Positions 62,241 through 64,000 of a DNA stretch of 64,000 bases are shown piece by piece. Both the position numbers and the translations under genes were made by a program. The notes under the pieces are model-generated. The model was given only the letters and a program-made list of their open reading frames with translations. It searched no databases and was not told the DNA's origin. Position 1 is the stretch's first letter, and each line of letters starts with the position of its first letter. Source of the DNA: Hydrolagus colliei. Taxonomy: Eukaryota. The stretch spans positions 1,240,001-1,304,000 of the forward strand of contig CM068769.1 of assembly GCA_035084275.1 (NCBI GenBank), in the 5' to 3' direction.

Positions 62241-64000
62241 CAGTATTCCATGTTTAAGTTTAAATGTAATCTATTTTCAAAATCTGAATCTCACGTGAAC
62301 CACTATTTAGTATCAACATAAGTTATATCTTTTATTGGGAATTTCTGTAACGAATTGTAATAATACATTTGTGCTCACCATATAGTTGTTTTATGCTTTA
62401 TTGTTTAGGTATTGAAATTTCAATTCACAATAAACAATGTTATCTAATTATCACTGGTGGAAATCTCAAGTGTATACATTATCTTGTTTGTTCATCTGTC
62501 TGGAACTGATACCATTGATGATGCATGTGGTAAGTTCATGCTCCCTATAAATGCTCTTTCAATGTGTTCTCAATGTCTGCATGCAAATCATCGTCTTCAG
62601 CAGTAAGAGGCTGCAGTTTAAAACACATCATGGAACATCCAACACTCTACGCAATAATAGCGATTTACTATCCTGCACGTGTGCCGTTTGGAATTCCGGG
62701 TAAGTCTATTTGGTCGAATATATATTAGCAATATTTGTTCGTTTCCTGCAAAGGGTGACCGAAGACATTTTGTGAAGTGACTTATCCCCTGCACCATCTT
62801 GTTTGTGCTTCCTCGGTGCTCTGTTCCTTTTCTTCTTGTCTTCTCCGCGTACATGTTGCCTATTGGTAGCATCATCAATACACCTTCGATCGACTTCCAC
62901 ATGAGTGCAAATGATACGCAACTCTAACTCTCCTCTTCACGCTCTTCTCCGAGACCACATGTTTCGAAAGAGAAAATCCGGCAGACCTGCTGTCCTGGAA
63001 AAGAGACAACAGCTTAATGTTGAACATCTTCAATATTGAGGCTCTGTACATTGGCTCACGTCAGTGATTCAACACCTCAGGCATTGACAGCGTCACCTAC
63101 AAAGACGCATATTTCACCTCAAAGAACCACACAGGCATATTGGCGTATTGTGTAACACTCGACTGTACATTCCAACTCACGTCCATTCCATGATCCAATT
63201 AACCATCCCTACAGATCCCTTGCCCATCAGGCCATGGTACATCCTATCATGCGTTCATCAAATTGGACTTGACTACGTAAACTGTCTGCTTGTTTGTTTC
63301 CCAGATCTTCCCCACTGCAAGATGCTGAGCCTATTGAGCTTTGCAGCTCATATTCTATCCAGCAATAAACTCCGTCCTATTTCATAACTGAATAAAATTT
63401 GAATTGTTCAAATTGGGAGAGAAAAAGCTAGCGTGGAGTATATATTCAATGACTGCATTTGATAAAATATAGAGGAACAAATGCGTCGGGGAGTGCAGGT
63501 ACAGCCATCCAGAAAAATCAGAGTCAGAAGTGGAAACGGCTTTGACGACATGTTTACCAAACTTTAGAAAGATTTGCAAAAGATGGTGCGGCATGATATC
63601 AAAAATGCAGATCAACCAAGCTTTTCTCTTGAGGATAGTTCACGTGAAACCTTATTCTGTCCCGTATCCTGTTACCCTCTCCCTCAAGTGAAGCTCTGCC
63701 TTCTTCTTGAATGCGTCCAAAGAAACAATCGTGTCAAGCTGCAAGATACAGAAACTGCGTGAACATGTTCCTTCTATTGTACCTTCCTGATCCCGTATTT
63801 AGTGCCTGATGTTCGCGTCTCCTGGTTACAGGTTCCCCACAGCAATGATTTACCTTAGTCTTGCTTCTCGTCGTTATGTTGTTGTTGTTGTTTTCGCCGT
63901 AAATTTCCTGGCAATTGTGATCCTGTAAAGAGGAAAGTGCGGATTCTCCAAGTGCATCACGCGCTACTTGGTTTCAATGGCAGCGGCGGATCTCCTGGTT

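Noticed and set aside
62600-62994. Possible decayed V exon (good acceptor at 62995 and an in-frame YYC at 62651)
   Set aside because: The exon would be about 45 nt too long, with no WYxQ motif, RSS or leader. An Ig-V HMM search would settle it.

Overview
Vertebrate genomic DNA with the V-segment part of a T-cell receptor alpha/delta-type locus. The V families and SINE/LINE tails suggest a cartilaginous fish (inference). I find 17 V segments or remnants (V1-V17), all on the minus strand between 18.9 and 57.4 kb. They fall into four interleaved families (A: V1,4,6,8,10,13,15,17; B: V2,11; C: V3,7,9,12,16; D: V5,14). The complete ones end at a 23-spacer RSS or a damaged version of one. Only V3, V8, V12 and V15 look fully intact. 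The array is built from an imperfect tandem unit of about 19 kb. No D, J or C segment was found, and 1-17.9 kb is V-free and rich in L2/CR1/SINE repeats. A deleted class I endogenous retrovirus (52049-55782, tRNA-Ser PBS) and an inverted, possibly spliced, sister copy interrupt the array. Best leads: tRNA-SINE Pol III boxes at a fixed 14-16 nt behind RSS nonamers in two V families, eight co-oriented CTCF motifs, the spliced-looking ERV copy, fold-back and palindrome signatures at breakpoints, and a recurrent FR3 homopolymer frameshift. All coordinates and alignments were read by eye; repeat boundaries are approximate.
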